From Chiloscyllium plagiosum (taxonomy: Eukaryota), in contig NC_057720.1 of assembly GCF_004010195.1 (NCBI RefSeq), forward strand, positions 33,655,843 through 33,675,842: DNA of 20,000 bases. Direction: 5' to 3'. The notes under the pieces are model-generated. The model searched no databases. It was not told the DNA's origin and saw nothing but the letters and a program-made list of their open reading frames with translations. Below, piece after piece: positions 1 through 11,371 of this stretch (positions within the stretch are counted from its first letter, which is position 1; the number at the start of each line of letters is the position of its first letter). Made by a program: the position numbers and the translations under genes.

Positions 1-172
1 TGCCCACTTATTTTCTCAGTTTTCCAAAATTGGCTATGACTCTCTCCTCCTGTGGTACATATGAAGATCCTTGATTTTTTTTTCCACAGTCTGGTATCTA
101 GCCAATCTAATACCTAACATCTCTGATTATGGCGAGATGGTTACATTGTGGTCATGTCAATATATGATACAA

Positions 173-286
173 GCACTGAGGATGTCACCTAGACAGGGGA
201 CGAAACGTTTGCAACAAAAACTTCCAGCTCGGCGAACAGAACCACAGCAACGAGCACCCGAGCTACAAATCTTCTCACAAACTTTG
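173..286 (+). mobile_element. Short Penelope-like terminal fragment carrying a hammerhead ribozyme motif, flanked by a 14-bp TSD
   Basis: Exact direct repeat AATATATGATACAA at 159-172 and 287-300. The insert begins with CTGAGGA-TGTCACCTAGACAGGGGAC-GAAACGTT. Confidence 0.75.
176..209 (+). ncRNA. Minimal hammerhead ribozyme motif
   Basis: CUGAGGA core; stem II GUC(A)CCU-agac-AGG(G)GAC; GAAA; short self-complementary AACGUU (stem III / NUH site). Confidence 0.65.
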
Positions 287-1434
287 AATATATGATACAA
301 TATAATGCTCTGGGGTGATGGGTTCAAGTTCCACCAATGCACCTGGTCGAATTCAAATAATAAAATTTTGAATATAAAGTTGGTCTCTAATAGTAGTCAT
401 CCATTATCATTTAAAACAAACTATCTGGTTAGCTTTAAATATCCTTTAGGGAAGGTCATCTGCCATTTTTACCTGGTCTGACCTACAGATGATTCCAGAC
501 TAGATAATGTGGCTGACTCTTAGCTATTCTCTGAATTGGGTTAGGTAGGAAGCCACTCGGTTCAAGGGCAATTAGGCCTATGTGGCAAATGATAGCCTTG
601 TTGGTGATGCCCACATCGTATGAAAGAATTGAAAAAATAATGTAGGGCTCTAGTACTCGGATTTTCGAAACTGATTTATAAAATATACCTACTATGGAAT
701 TAGAAATCGTGGATTTCTTTGAAATTAGCATTGTTGTCATAAAATAATGATAATCTACTGAAAATCACTTGCGAGAGACATCTGATTGTAGCTAAGTGGC
801 TGTTTGCTGTCCCAGCCAAAATATTAAATCTCTGTGAAGCTCGGGGGAAGGATTGCAACTGAAATGAGAATTGTAAAACAATATTTGATGATCAAGTAAA
901 TTACAACATTTTATGTGAAAATGCTTTAATCATCTTAATTATTTGGTAACGTTGTAGTACAGTTTGTCAAACACCATGTGGATGATCTCACTAGTAAAGT
1001 ATTAAAAACTTGTCAAGCACTTCAATTTTAATATAGCTGGGGGATTGAAAGAACATTCAATGCCAGTTGATCTTGTAACTACTGCTCAGACCCTGCCAAT
1101 CAGCTCAGCAGCGTCCGTGAAGTAGCTTGAGTTCACCTCTGTTAGTTCTGAAGTAGCCTCTGATATTTGTCACCATGCCTGTGAAAGTTTGCTTCATATA
1201 GCTGGTCCACCATTTTGTTGGTATTCCTTCAGTTTCTTTTTCCATCTACTTCTGTGTTTGGGGCCAATTCTAGTATTTCTGTTCCTCAAAACAAAAGGGC
1301 CAAACTATTCAGTTTCAATGTCCCGTCTTGTCCAAAGTATATTTATCTCAGTTTTATTTCTTCACTGTACAATGTCAGTATACCTCTAAAAGACACATTT
1401 ATGATATTGTCACAGTTATAGGTTATAGCATGTA

Positions 1435-1650
1435 CAGTAAATCCTCTATCAGCGAAATCATAAATTATGAATTTGCCTATCCATTCCAAAAAGTAAGTAG
1501 CAACAAAAATGAACATTCAAGGGCAAAACTCACATATCTGTGATATTTCTAACCATTGTAAGCTATTTTTAATGAGCTGTACAATCGTGAATTTCATCAT
1601 TTGCCAGGGTTCTCAGGAACGGAACCCTTGTGGATACGGAGGAATGACTG
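1435..1650. mobile_element. Tigger/pogo-like (Tc1-mariner superfamily) MITE
   Basis: TA dinucleotides at 1433-1434 and 1651-1652. Imperfect TIRs: left CAGTAAATCCTCTATCAGCG versus reverse complement of the right end CAGTCATTCCTCCGTATCCACA. Subterminal GGAACGGAACCC. No coding capacity. Confidence 0.6.
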
Positions 1651-2634
1651 TAACAAGAAGGTATAAAAATTTGTCCTTTCTCTTATCCCAGGGTCACTTG
1701 AAGTGTGACACACCATGGGAGCATGTTGCTCTGTTGTAATCTTCTAGTTTAATGTTATTTAAACATTTACGTGTGTGAAGAATACGATGTTTGTATATAA
1801 TGTTAAGTTGAAACAAATTTCTGTTGGATTATTCAATACTATAATGACTCCGACCTTAAAGTATCATATGTTGCGGGAGATAAAGTAAGCATTACTGCAT
1901 AAAATAGAATACCCTGCTGAAGGCAAGCTAACATTATGCTGGCATTTGTGGGATATGATGTGATTTTGTCTCCAAGGTATTTTGCCTAATACAATAATGC
2001 TTACATTATCTCCCTTAATGTAAGAAAATGGGTATGCCGATTGACGTTTTAAGGAAATTAACTGAAATGCTACATTCATATGTTCATAGTTATCTCAGCT
2101 ACTATTAATTTATTAGATTACAACAGAAAACAACATGCTTCTAGAAATGTGTCCTACTTCAAATGATCGCAGGAAAGATTGAGTATGAGACCTTTATACC
2201 CTCAAGTCACATATTTTAAAACTGTTATGTTATCATGAGCATATCTTTTAAATATGTCCTAAACCAATGAGATATAACATGTCTTTCCTTCCAAAGATGA
2301 AAATTTAATCCAAATAGGCAAGCAAAACAGAGTTTACAAGACCAACGTTTCAAACTTCAAAGTAAACGTATTCGAGATTTGACGACTCATGCTGGTCTGG
2401 AGTGGCACATGTTGTCTGCTGCCCTTATTTGCCAACTTGGCAGTAAGGTTGCTGTTACTCAAAATCACTGCTCAATCATTAACATCAGAGTGTTCTTTCT
2501 AAGTCTGTTCAGCATGGTGTGCCATGCTGGATCTAAGCTCGCTTCTCTTCCTTTGCAAATTAGCAGTATAATCAGTAATAACTTCATATGGCCTGCACTG
2601 CTTACATATTTTAGAAACAATTGCTGGTGTCCAA

Positions 2635-2689
2635 GTATTTGTATTTGTATTTCTAACTCCATTTTGTATTTGTATTTGTATTTGTATTT
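2635..2689. repeat. Interrupted (TGTATT)n hexanucleotide microsatellite
   Basis: gtatttgtatttgtattt-ctaactccatt-ttgtatttgtatttgtatttgtattt. Confidence 0.9.
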
Positions 2690-3338
2690 CTGCCCAATGC
2701 GCAGTTTTGGTAGTTCTTACTCATCAGAAATCTCTTTCATTCTCCTCTATCTTTAAAAGTGGTGATGGTTGTGGGATTAATGTTTGCCAGGATACAAGGC
2801 AGTTAGCTAGAAAATTGGGTCATGACATATTTCCTCATTGGAACAGATAGGCTACAGTCTGGTGTTTGGTACAGGCAGTCTGAAAAGTGAAAATGTGGCG
2901 TTGCAATAATGTGTTGGTTCATTAAACATAAATCTCCAATGTTTAACAACTGAAACAATATTAAAACTCTAGATCAGAACATGAATTGATCCATTATTAG
3001 CCTTCTCAAAATGCAATCTTTACGGAAGAACCACTGATATTTCTTTGGAATTATGATATTGAAGAAAGCATGTTCTAAGAGATTTTCATAAGCTTTTTAT
3101 TTGAATGTTTTGTGCCCCATTACTTATAATGGGATTCATGGATATACTGCCACACAGAGGAATTTTAATTCTGTTTGTCTGATGGAAATGGAATGGATGG
3201 ACAGTTAAAAAGCTGTTGGTAATTTGCTCACTGAATTCTGACCAACTTCGCACCAAATGTGCATTTAACTTGAGCAGGTTGCAAAGGTATACACTGTCTG
3301 CTTTAAATGCACACATTCGGTGCCTGATGGTGTCCTTA

Positions 3339-3661
3339 AGATTAGATTACCTACAGTGTGGAAACAGCCCTTCAGCCCAACAAGTCCACACCGACCCTCC
3401 GAAGAGCAACCTACCCAGACCCACTCCCCTACACTTACCCCTTCACCTAACACTACGGGCTACGGGCAATTTAGCATAGCTAATTCACCTAACCTGCACA
3501 TTTTTGGATTGTGGGAGGAAACCAGAGCACCTGGAGGAAACCCACGCAGACACAGGGAGAATGTGCAAACTCCACACAGACAGTTCCCTGAGGCAGGAAT
3601 TGAACCCGGGTCTCTGGCGCTGAGAGGCAGCAGTGCTAATCACTGTGCCACTATGCCGCCC
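3339..3661 (-). mobile_element. Full-length HE1-type V-SINE (tRNA-derived, shark)
   Basis: Minus strand starts GGGCGGCATAGTGGCACAGTGATTAGCACTGCTGCCTCTCAGCGCCAGAGACCCGGGTTCAATTCC (Pol III A and B boxes). V-domain GTGTGGAGTTTGCACATTCTCCCTGTGTCTGCGTGGGTTTCCTCC. CR1-like tail GGGCTGAAGGGCTGTTTCCACACTGTAG followed by (TCTAA)n. Confidence 0.92.
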
Positions 3662-4809
3662 AAAGCTCAGCTTTGAAATATTTTCTGGGATTTTGCATTA
3701 GTAATGACTGTACAGTGGTTTCTCTTTTTTTTGTGTGTGAGCTTGACAACCATTTCTAGTATGCTGGTCAGTGATTCCCTAGCCTACTTCAAGGTGAAGG
3801 CCTTGCAGAAGGAAATCAATGAGGAATCTCTGAATTAGCATGATCTTCAAGTTTTGAATGCTAAATTCACTTTGTAAAACCCTTGGAAAATTTAAGCCTT
3901 GTTGTATGGGGTGTAACTGGATTTTTAATGGTGTATTAAATTGTAATTATTTAGGAAAACCTCTTTGGTTCTGAAAGACTGATATTTTTATTGGTGGAAT
4001 GACACATTGCTCAATTACGTGAAAACAAATTGCAGTGATTTACAAAAAAGTTTATTTATTTCTGCTCAGTTCCATTTGTATTCACCAAATTTGATTTTGT
4101 TTTCTGTAATATGATAAATTCTGCTTAGTACTTCCTGGTTTACTGTCTGAGTGAGTTCTTCACAATGAATGGCTACTAAGCCTGCATGTTGACAGCACTG
4201 TTACTTGGCACCAGAGACCCATGTAATTGGCGAGAAAATGATGTTCACCTCAAGAAAGGCAAGGTCCATGCTATATCTTTGTGGGTAGCTTTCTGCTGAT
4301 TGTAAATATCAGGGCTGCGATTTTTGATATAGCATAAAGTATCAGTCACAGCTCTCCACTGTTACAACAGACACAAAAGCTCGACATTACACAATCCCTC
4401 TGGTTCCTATACCAAAAATACATTATACATTCTGATATTCCCCCTCTGCATTGTAATTTGCAGCTCACTCATCACTTCCAGATCAAAGTAGCAAATATGT
4501 TTGAAGGACAGGTGGAAAGTCCATTAATGCCAGACATCAGACTGCAATGAATGGCACACATTGTAGATAGGAAATCTAGAAAGTGTTAAATTTGAAAATG
4601 AGACCTTTAACCCCTTGGGAGTTAGCACATAACCACTGTATTTTCAGAACCATTCTGCAACCATTGCTGTCATCATTCATCTTGTGGCTGTAATTATGAA
4701 GTTGCAGTTTATTCTACTGAATTGCTGAGTAATTTGATGTTAGAGAGCAATGTACTTATCTTTGTTACCTACTTTTCTATACTATAGAATACTTCTACTA
4801 TTCAAAATG

Positions 4810-5110
4810 AGGTTGGGACTGGACATTGTATGCTCTACCTTCTGTTTTAACACCATGAATGGCAATGTTCGTGTCATCTAAAATGTAGTCCATAGACCAG
4901 CTGCTGCTGGAGTGTAATTTATCATCTCCATAACTGGAGAAGGTTTTAGGGGTGTACCTGCCATTAATGTTTTCAGTCAGTGCAGAAAGCAAACATTCTT
5001 CTGTGAGCTAGTTTATGTGATCACCCCCTTGGACTCCATGGATGAAGCCATTGGTGTTTCATTCATCTTCTCTGAGCCCAGCACCCAAAATTTCAAATAT
5101 CTTGTGTACG
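4810..5110 (-). pseudogene. Highly decayed Gypsy/Ty3-like reverse-transcriptase fragment (tentative)
   Basis: With frameshifts, the minus strand reads ESK-VIT...CFL..L, then TF..EMIN...AGL...LDD...IHG...EH. This is collinear with the LTR-retrotransposon RT region around the YxDD motif. Confidence 0.4.
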
Positions 5111-6775
5111 TTTTTCACTTTGAGTGAAAGGAAAAAAAATCACTTACTTGATATCTGTTAAAATTTTCTCATTATCGAGTAATTAAAGTACAAGGATGTA
5201 AAGGCGTCTTCTTGGAGTATCTGTAAATCAATGTTTGGATGTTGTATTGGAACAGCATTAGATTCTGGAGTATTTGAGGGACAGAGCACCAACTGAGGCT
5301 GGGGTATGATGGAGTTGAAAGAGTGGCAATTTGACCCTCAGCTGAAAAAGTTTGATTCTGGAGCGCAGTGGAAGTAATTTGTGTCCTCAGATGCTAGGTC
5401 AATCAGCTGTCTGTTAGAGGTGTTTATTATCTTTCCTAGGAGCATCATGACCATAATCCATTCTTGTGTGAGGTGCTGAAAGAGAGAGAGAATGAGAGTG
5501 TCAGTGGAATTTATCAAGCAATGTCTAACAAGGTGAAACAAATAAGGTTGTATTTCAACTTAAAAGAGGGAAATTCAATTTGATATCACTGGGTTGCCCT
5601 AAGCCGTTGTTCACTCTATAATCACATTGATTCCCAGGCAATTCTGTCCATTTATTTTAAAGACAAACACATTAGAACAAGAACTGACTTTCTGCAGAGC
5701 AAACTAGTAGATAATAAGTGCACCTTTTTGTTGATTAATGTGGTAGCTGAAGATCAAAAGGCTTTGTTGCTTAACAATTGAATATGTGATACCAGTAAGG
5801 AAGCTTTGCCAATTAGAATTAAATGGTTGGGTAGCTTAATCACAAGAATGATAAGATTAACACAGTAAATTATTACAGAAGAAGGCGAGAGACAACAGAG
5901 CATCTTACTATAACCAAGCAAAGAAAATTTAATGAGTGTCAAGAACATGTAAGATTGTTCTCTAAAAGGCATACTCATGATCTTATATTATTTAAATTCA
6001 AATGATAAAAGCACTGTTTCCATTCAGTTGACTAATCTGTATGCTGGATGTCACTACAGTTTTGCTATTTTTTTGTCAATCCCAAAAAAACTAGTTTCTT
6101 CCTCCCAGGATTATTACAGGTAAACCTCAGAAGCCAAACATGTCAGGTTGTTAATTCATTCCTAGCTGCATCTCCAAAGGAACAAAGAATCGGTGTTCAT
6201 TTGTGAATCAGTTCAGAGTTTATCTCCCAAGTTATTTCTGGTCTGCAGTGCTAATGTTACCTTTCTCGTTCTTCCGTGAAAATACCTTGCTCTCAGAGGA
6301 ATTCACATACACAGCCATTTAGACTTCCATAATTCTATCTGGCTGTTGTCTCCACTTGAGCTGAAACTTCCACTTTGAGAACAAGCTTCAGGCAATTTAC
6401 AGGACATTTTCATTTCAGCACTCCACTTTCATTAAGGCAAAGGTTTACTGAAATATAAATGTGACTGTAAAACACATTTCTTGCCTTGGCATTCTCCAGG
6501 TCTCAAGTAGTCCAGAAGAAGTCAAGTATGTGGTTTTTGTAATATTATGAATGTAATTCCACATCATTAATATTAATTCTGCCCATATCCACATTGCCAG
6601 TACTTTTATTCAATAAATATTCATGCAATTAAAGCTTAAATTCCTCTATTTTCAGGATTCCACGATCTTAATTGATAGATTATTCAAAATGTCTTTTTTA
6701 TTGCACAACTTTCTATGTTTTAAACATTACTCTTGGTTCAATGAATCTTGTGCCAGTTAATTCTTTGCTACCACG

Positions 6776-7060
6776 GTAGTGCTGTGGCTCAATTGGTAGC
6801 ACTCTCCGCTTTAAGTCAGAAGGTTGTGGGTTGAAGTCCCAATCCCAGTACAAACCTCTATGCCTACATTCCAGTAGAGTACCAAGGGAGTGCTGTACTC
6901 CTTGGAGATGCTGTCTTTGAGTCATAAAGCTTGGAAACAGACCATTTGGTTCAATTTGTCCATGTCGACCAAGTTTCCTAAACTGAATTTATAGATTAAA
7001 TCTCAAGCCAGGCCTAATTCTGATCTCGTAGGTGGTCATATGAGATTCTATGGTGCCTGC
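6776..7060 (+). mobile_element. SacSINE1/DeuSINE-like SINE 5' half, interrupted at about 6920-6990
   Basis: tRNA-like head gtggctcaattggtagcactctc...gtcagaaggttgtgggttgaagtccc. Then cattccagtagagtaccaagggagtgctgtactccttggagatgctgtcttt, resuming ...aggtggtcatatgagattctatggtgc. Confidence 0.7.
6920..6990 (-). mobile_element. CR1-type LINE/SINE 3'-end fragment
   Basis: Reverse complement aacttggtcgacatggacaaattgaaccaaatggtctgtttccaagctttatgactc matches the CR1 3' end also seen at about 16465-16528. Confidence 0.65.
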
Positions 7061-7249
7061 CCTGTCACATTTGCTTATTTATGGACAAACACACACAGGT
7101 CTCTCTGTTTCTGTGGCACTTTAGAATTGTACTCAATCCTCTCTTCATTTTTCCTACCAGGTTTTCTTTCATGTGACTTTGCTGTGTAAAATTTCACGTG
7201 ACTTTCTATTCAATCAGTCTGAGTAGGTCCTATTACAGTCTATCACTAC

Positions 7250-7800
7250 CCTACTCATGATTTGCAATATCTTCACGTGTTGCATCATCTGAAAATTTTG
7301 AAATCATGATCTGTATGTACATCCAAATCCAGATTATTGATGCACATCAGCAAAAGCAGTGCTTCTAGTTCTGATCCTTAGGGAGCATCAATGTATACCT
7401 TCTTTTGGTTCAGTAATGAACTCTATTGAATGTTCCCTGTTTCTCAGCAAACTTCTTATGTGACACTTTAACAAGTGCCATTTGGAAGTCCATTTGCTCC
7501 ACCTCAACCAAAGTCCTTAATTCTCTTTTCTTTAACTCATCAAAAAAAATCAATCCATTAAATACGATTCGTATTTAATAATTCCATGCTGGCCTTGATG
7601 AATCGTTAAAGTGCTTGTTAATTGTGTTCTAGATAATCATTTCTGAAATCTTTCCCACCACTGGGCTTAAATTAACCGGCCTGTAATTGGCGGGTTTAAC
7701 TTTGCACCTTCATTTCTGAATGAATGTGAACATTGCTAATTCTGTCTTTCTCTGGCATTACTCCCATATCTAAGGAAGATTGGTAGGGTATGGCCATTTC
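7250..7800 (-). mobile_element. Old CR1-type LINE ORF2 (RT) fragment
   Basis: Minus-strand decayed motifs NYRPV(N)L..VVGK, QHG, MDFQ and (V)P*GS(E)L..LL....IN, collinear with the 12092-12680 copy. Confidence 0.75.
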
Positions 7801-7899
7801 CTCCATAATTACTTTACCTACTTCCCTCCGTTTTCATCAATATCAACATTTTCTAATCTCTTACTATTTAAGAGAAACTTTACACCTTCATTCTTCCAA

Positions 7900-8165
7900 C
7901 CAATTTTTATGACTTCACACTTACCCACATTTTATTCGATCTGCCATGCCCTTGTCTCTCAACCTGCCTACATCCTCTTTGATCCTCTTTGCATCCTCCT
8001 CACCAATTACATTTCCATCAATTTTTGTACCATCTGCAAACGGGAAATATTGCAATTGTGAAGCAATTCAAGCCATTGAGATAAATTGTGGAAAGCAGGC
8101 TACCGAGCACTGATCCTTGCAATACTCCACTGGTCATAGCCCAGCAACCTGTCAGTAATTCCATT
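7900..8165 (-). mobile_element. CR1-type LINE RT fragment, left part of a copy split by a Penelope insertion
   Basis: Minus ORF 8018-8248 contains MTSGVLQGSVLGSLLSTIYLN, followed by FADGTK (tttgcagatggtacaaaa) and a WQIE..VGKCE-like segment. Confidence 0.8.
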
Positions 8166-8265
8166 GTAGGTAAAAACAATGACTGCAGATGCTGGAAACC
8201 AGATTCTGGATTAGTGGTGCTGGAAGAGCACAGCAGTTCAGGCAGCATCCAAGGAGCAGTGAAAT

Positions 8266-8295
8266 CGACGTTTCGGGCAAAAGCCCTTCATCAGG
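8266..8295 (-). ncRNA. Minimal hammerhead ribozyme motif (intact core)
   Basis: Minus strand CCUGAUGA-A-GGGC-UUUU-GCCC-GAAAC-GUC-G. Confidence 0.75.
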
Positions 8296-8314
8296 AATAA
8301 AGGCAGAGAGCCTG

Positions 8315-8781
8315 NNNNNNNNNNNNNNNNNNNNNNNNNNNNNNNNNNNNNNNNNNNNNNNNNNNNNNNNNNNNNNNNNNNNNNNNNNNNNNNNNNNNNN
8401 NNNNNNNNNNNNNNNNNNNNNNNNNNNNNNNNNNNNNNNNNNNNNNNNNNNNNNNNNNNNNNNNNNNNNNNNNNNNNNNNNNNNNNNNNNNNNNNNNNNN
8501 NNNNNNNNNNNNNNNNNNNNNNNNNNNNNNNNNNNNNNNNNNNNNNNNNNNNNNNNNNNNNNNNNNNNNNNNNNNNNNNNNNNNNNNNNNNNNNNNNNNN
8601 NNNNNNNNNNNNNNNNNNNNNNNNNNNNNNNNNNNNNNNNNNNNNNNNNNNNNNNNNNNNNNNNNNNNNNNNNNNNNNNNNNNNNNNNNNNNNNNNNNNN
8701 NNNNNNNNNNNNNNNNNNNNNNNNNNNNNNNNNNNNNNNNNNNNNNNNNNNNNNNNNNNNNNNNNNNNNNNNNNNNNNNNN
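8315..8781. other. Assembly gap (N run)
   Basis: Run of N. Confidence 1.
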
Positions 8782-9042
8782 GTGGACCTGACCAGGTAGT
8801 CACGGAGGGAACGGTCTTTGCAGAAGGTGGAAAGGGGTGGGGAGGGAGATATATCCCTGGTGGTGGGGTCTTTTTAGAGGTGGTGGAAATGTCGGCGGAT
8901 GATTTGGTTTATGCGAAGGTTGGTAGGGTGGAAGGTGAGCACCAGGGGCGTTCTGTCCTTGTTACGGTTGGAGGTGTGGGGTCTGAGGGCGAAGGTAGAC
9001 GAGATGCGTTGGAGGACATCTTTAACCACGTGGGAAGGGAAT

Positions 9043-9230
9043 TTGTTTCTACTGTCTGCCTCTGCTGTTAACCAATCCTCAATCCATGCTAATCCATTAC
9101 CTCCATTGCTTCAATTATGTTTACAAATCTCTTCTGTGGGACTTGATCAAAAATCCTTTTGAAAGTTCAAATGCATCGCATCCACTGCATCCCTTTTGTA
9201 AAATGTACTTCCAGTTCTCTCAAAACTATA
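9043..9230 (-). mobile_element. CR1-type LINE RT fragment, right part of the copy split by the Penelope insertion
   Basis: Minus strand reads AVDAMHLNFQK.FDQVPQKRFV...LAWIEDWLTAE..Q.V, the RT segment immediately upstream of the SGVPQGS motif at about 8110-8135. Confidence 0.75.
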
Positions 9231-10165
9231 TCGCGAGTCACGAACCCTAACAGGCACCCTTCAGAGCTCAAATCTTTATTACTTGCTTTCAATTTAATAG
9301 TTTATAAAATAAATGAATACATTTCACTTTTTATTTGTGTTCTCACAATGTGAATTCAACATGTCCAAAGTTTTTGTCATTGTGTTATGACAGGTCTATG
9401 AACTGTGACCAAACCTCCTGAGCTGTGCAGTGAAGCCCTGCTGCCGTTATCAGCTTTTACCAGCTGGGTGTATGTGCAGGGCCTGGCGCAGACCTACACA
9501 TGAGGTTGCATGGTACCGAGAGGGAAGGAATTTGAAGTTCTTTCGCAGTGTGTACTCTATGCAACGTGTAAAGAGGAAGGGGAAAAAAAGCCCATAATAT
9601 TTATGGAGATTTAGGAGCTGTTGGCGTTTGACGCTTATTCTGAATGTGTGATTGGTTCTTCCATTGTGAGCCACAATGTAAGACTAATTTGACAAATATG
9701 CACTTCTAGCACAGACCTTTACCAGTTAATGGTGACGTTCAGACAAAATTCAAACCTGATTTTTCATTTGTTAGAGTTAACGGATGGAAAACTAAGGGGT
9801 GCAATCATGCATCTGATTTCCCAGTGTATGCTCCTGTTGAGCAACGTGTGCCATTCATTCAGAAAATCCACCCTTCACACAGTATATGCAGTAACATTGG
9901 AATCAACAGTGATTGTTTCGAACGGTGAGAGAACAAGTTTGAGCAAATATATTTTGTCAGTAATTCCAGATTCCCCTAGGTTCAACAGTAGCACTTGTTC
10001 TTTCTTGTGCTTCACCATATTTTTATGATTTAACTTTTATAACTTTCTTCATAAATCTGGTCCCACTCAGTCTGACGTTTGTTACTTTTCAGCACCTGAG
10101 TCAGAGTCACGTTGACAATTCTTGGGCACAATGGCACGTTTTCACTGCCATGGTGTATGTATGAT

Positions 10166-10290
10166 ATGGAGATGCCGGTGTTGGACTGGAGTGGACAAAG
10201 TCAGAGTTCACATGACACCAGGTTATAGGCCAACAGGTTTATTTGAAATCACAAATTTTCGGAACGCTGCTCCTTCATTGGGGTGAATTG
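10166..10290 (-). mobile_element. Terminal fragment of a second Penelope-like family with a degenerate hammerhead motif
   Basis: Reverse complement CCAATGAAGGAGCAGCGTTCCGAAA...AAATAAACCTGTTGGCCTATAACCTGGTGT, homologous to the + strand copy at 17431-17512. Confidence 0.6.
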
Positions 10291-10335
10291 GGGGAAGCGC
10301 ATAGGCACAGAATTAAACAGTTCTTGAGCAAGAGA

Positions 10336-10394
10336 CCAGTGTGGAGTTGTTGGGCCGAAGGGCCTGTTTCCACACTGTAGGGAATCTAATCTAA
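10336..10394 (+). mobile_element. HE1/HER1 3' tail fragment
   Basis: gtgtggagttgttgggccgaagggcctgtttccacactgtagggaatctaatctaa, the same tail as the SINE at 3339-3400. Confidence 0.85.
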
Positions 10395-11371
10395 ATTGTT
10401 ATTGCAATAGACCAGCAAAGGCTCAGGAGGCAAGCAGAATTCAGGCACGTCGCAGTCGTTATTCTTATTCAAGCAACGGCCAGATCATGCTGGGAGAGGA
10501 CCAAGGATTGCCCCCGCATGTGGCATTGACAACTCAGTTGTTCCCTTAATCTTGAGCTCAGATCAGAAGAGAGATGAATGATTCTCTAGTTTTTCATAGT
10601 GAGATACAGCATTTTTATACATTTTGTGTTCTAATAATTACATACACTGTGGTCACTGTGCACTTCCCCTTATTCTGTACATCCAATCCTGTGAAATGCC
10701 TAATTGATCATGGACAGCCCTAGGTTCCCATGATCTCAATATGTTTAACAGATATTGTAATGTCAAGGCCTTTCTATGCATCTTTCTCTGCATCCTGTGA
10801 ATTGGCATTCCAAAGTTACTGGCTGTATGCCTTACGGACGTGTTTCAGACTTGCTTATCTCTAAGGTCTGCTTGAATTCTGTTGCCCCTTGTATTCCTTT
10901 GCTATCTCTATCAAATTCTGTTACTCATAGTTTCCCGCTGTCCTGATTATATATGAAAAATAGAAAAGACAATTGGTTTTAAGATTCATATAATTCGTTC
11001 ATCTGTGTTTGTTATTGCAGAAGTTACCTCCTCCTTTAATGTTTGTTACAAATCTTGAAACTGTCTGTCCTCTGACATTTTCTTCTCAAACTGTCTCTGG
11101 TTGTTGATTGTGCAGTGTCCCCTTTCACCTCAGAGTAACTTCTGTTTCCCTTAAATGCTGGAGAGGGCTTCTAGCTCTGTTTATCACTTGTCAGCCATTT
11201 TGTGTTTAAATGCTGAAGCAGGTTTTTAAAATTCTGTTTATCCCCTTGTCGGCCATTTTGTGTCTTTCAAATATGGGCTCAATGCTGAGTGTCCCATAAG
11301 AATCAATGACTACAGGCAAGCTGGTACAGAAAGAGCAGTCCCCAAGCAAGTGTTTCAGGCAGGTACCGGAT

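Larger units (their letters stand above)
130..640 (+). mobile_element. Old tRNA-derived shark SINE with L2-like 3' tail, interrupted by an insertion at 173-286
   Basis: Degenerate head (gtggtcatgtca...aatgctctggggtgatgggttcaagttccacc, B-box-like GGTTCAAGTTCC). Body ccttagggaagg..tctgccat..tacctggtctg. 3' end aagggcaattagg...gatgcccacatcgtatgaaagaattgaaaaaa resembles the L2-derived tail of shark SINEs. Family assignment is from recall. Confidence 0.65.
8169..9040 (-). mobile_element. Penelope-like retroelement 3' part (spans gap 8315-8781)
   Basis: Terminus GGTAAAAACAATGACTGCAGATGCTGGAAACCAGATTCTG is shared with 19603 onward. Hammerhead core at 8266-8295. After the gap, gtggacctgaccaggtagtcacggagggaacggtctttgcagaa is homologous to the segment upstream of the GIY-YIG region at about 18465-18550. 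Confidence 0.85.

Noticed and set aside
2379..2756. 125-aa ORF
   Set aside because: It has a TTG start, runs through a microsatellite, and shows no recognisable domain or convincing splice sites.
3320..3676. 118-aa ORF and a tRNA-like sequence
   Set aside because: The ORF is the antisense reading of the HE1 SINE, and the tRNA similarity is the SINE head rather than a tRNA gene.
5200..5540. Purine-rich stretch resembling an antisense L2 LINE fragment
   Set aside because: Too decayed to recover a diagnostic motif by eye.
8189..8803. 200-aa and 170-aa ORFs
   Set aside because: They are open only because they run through the N gap.
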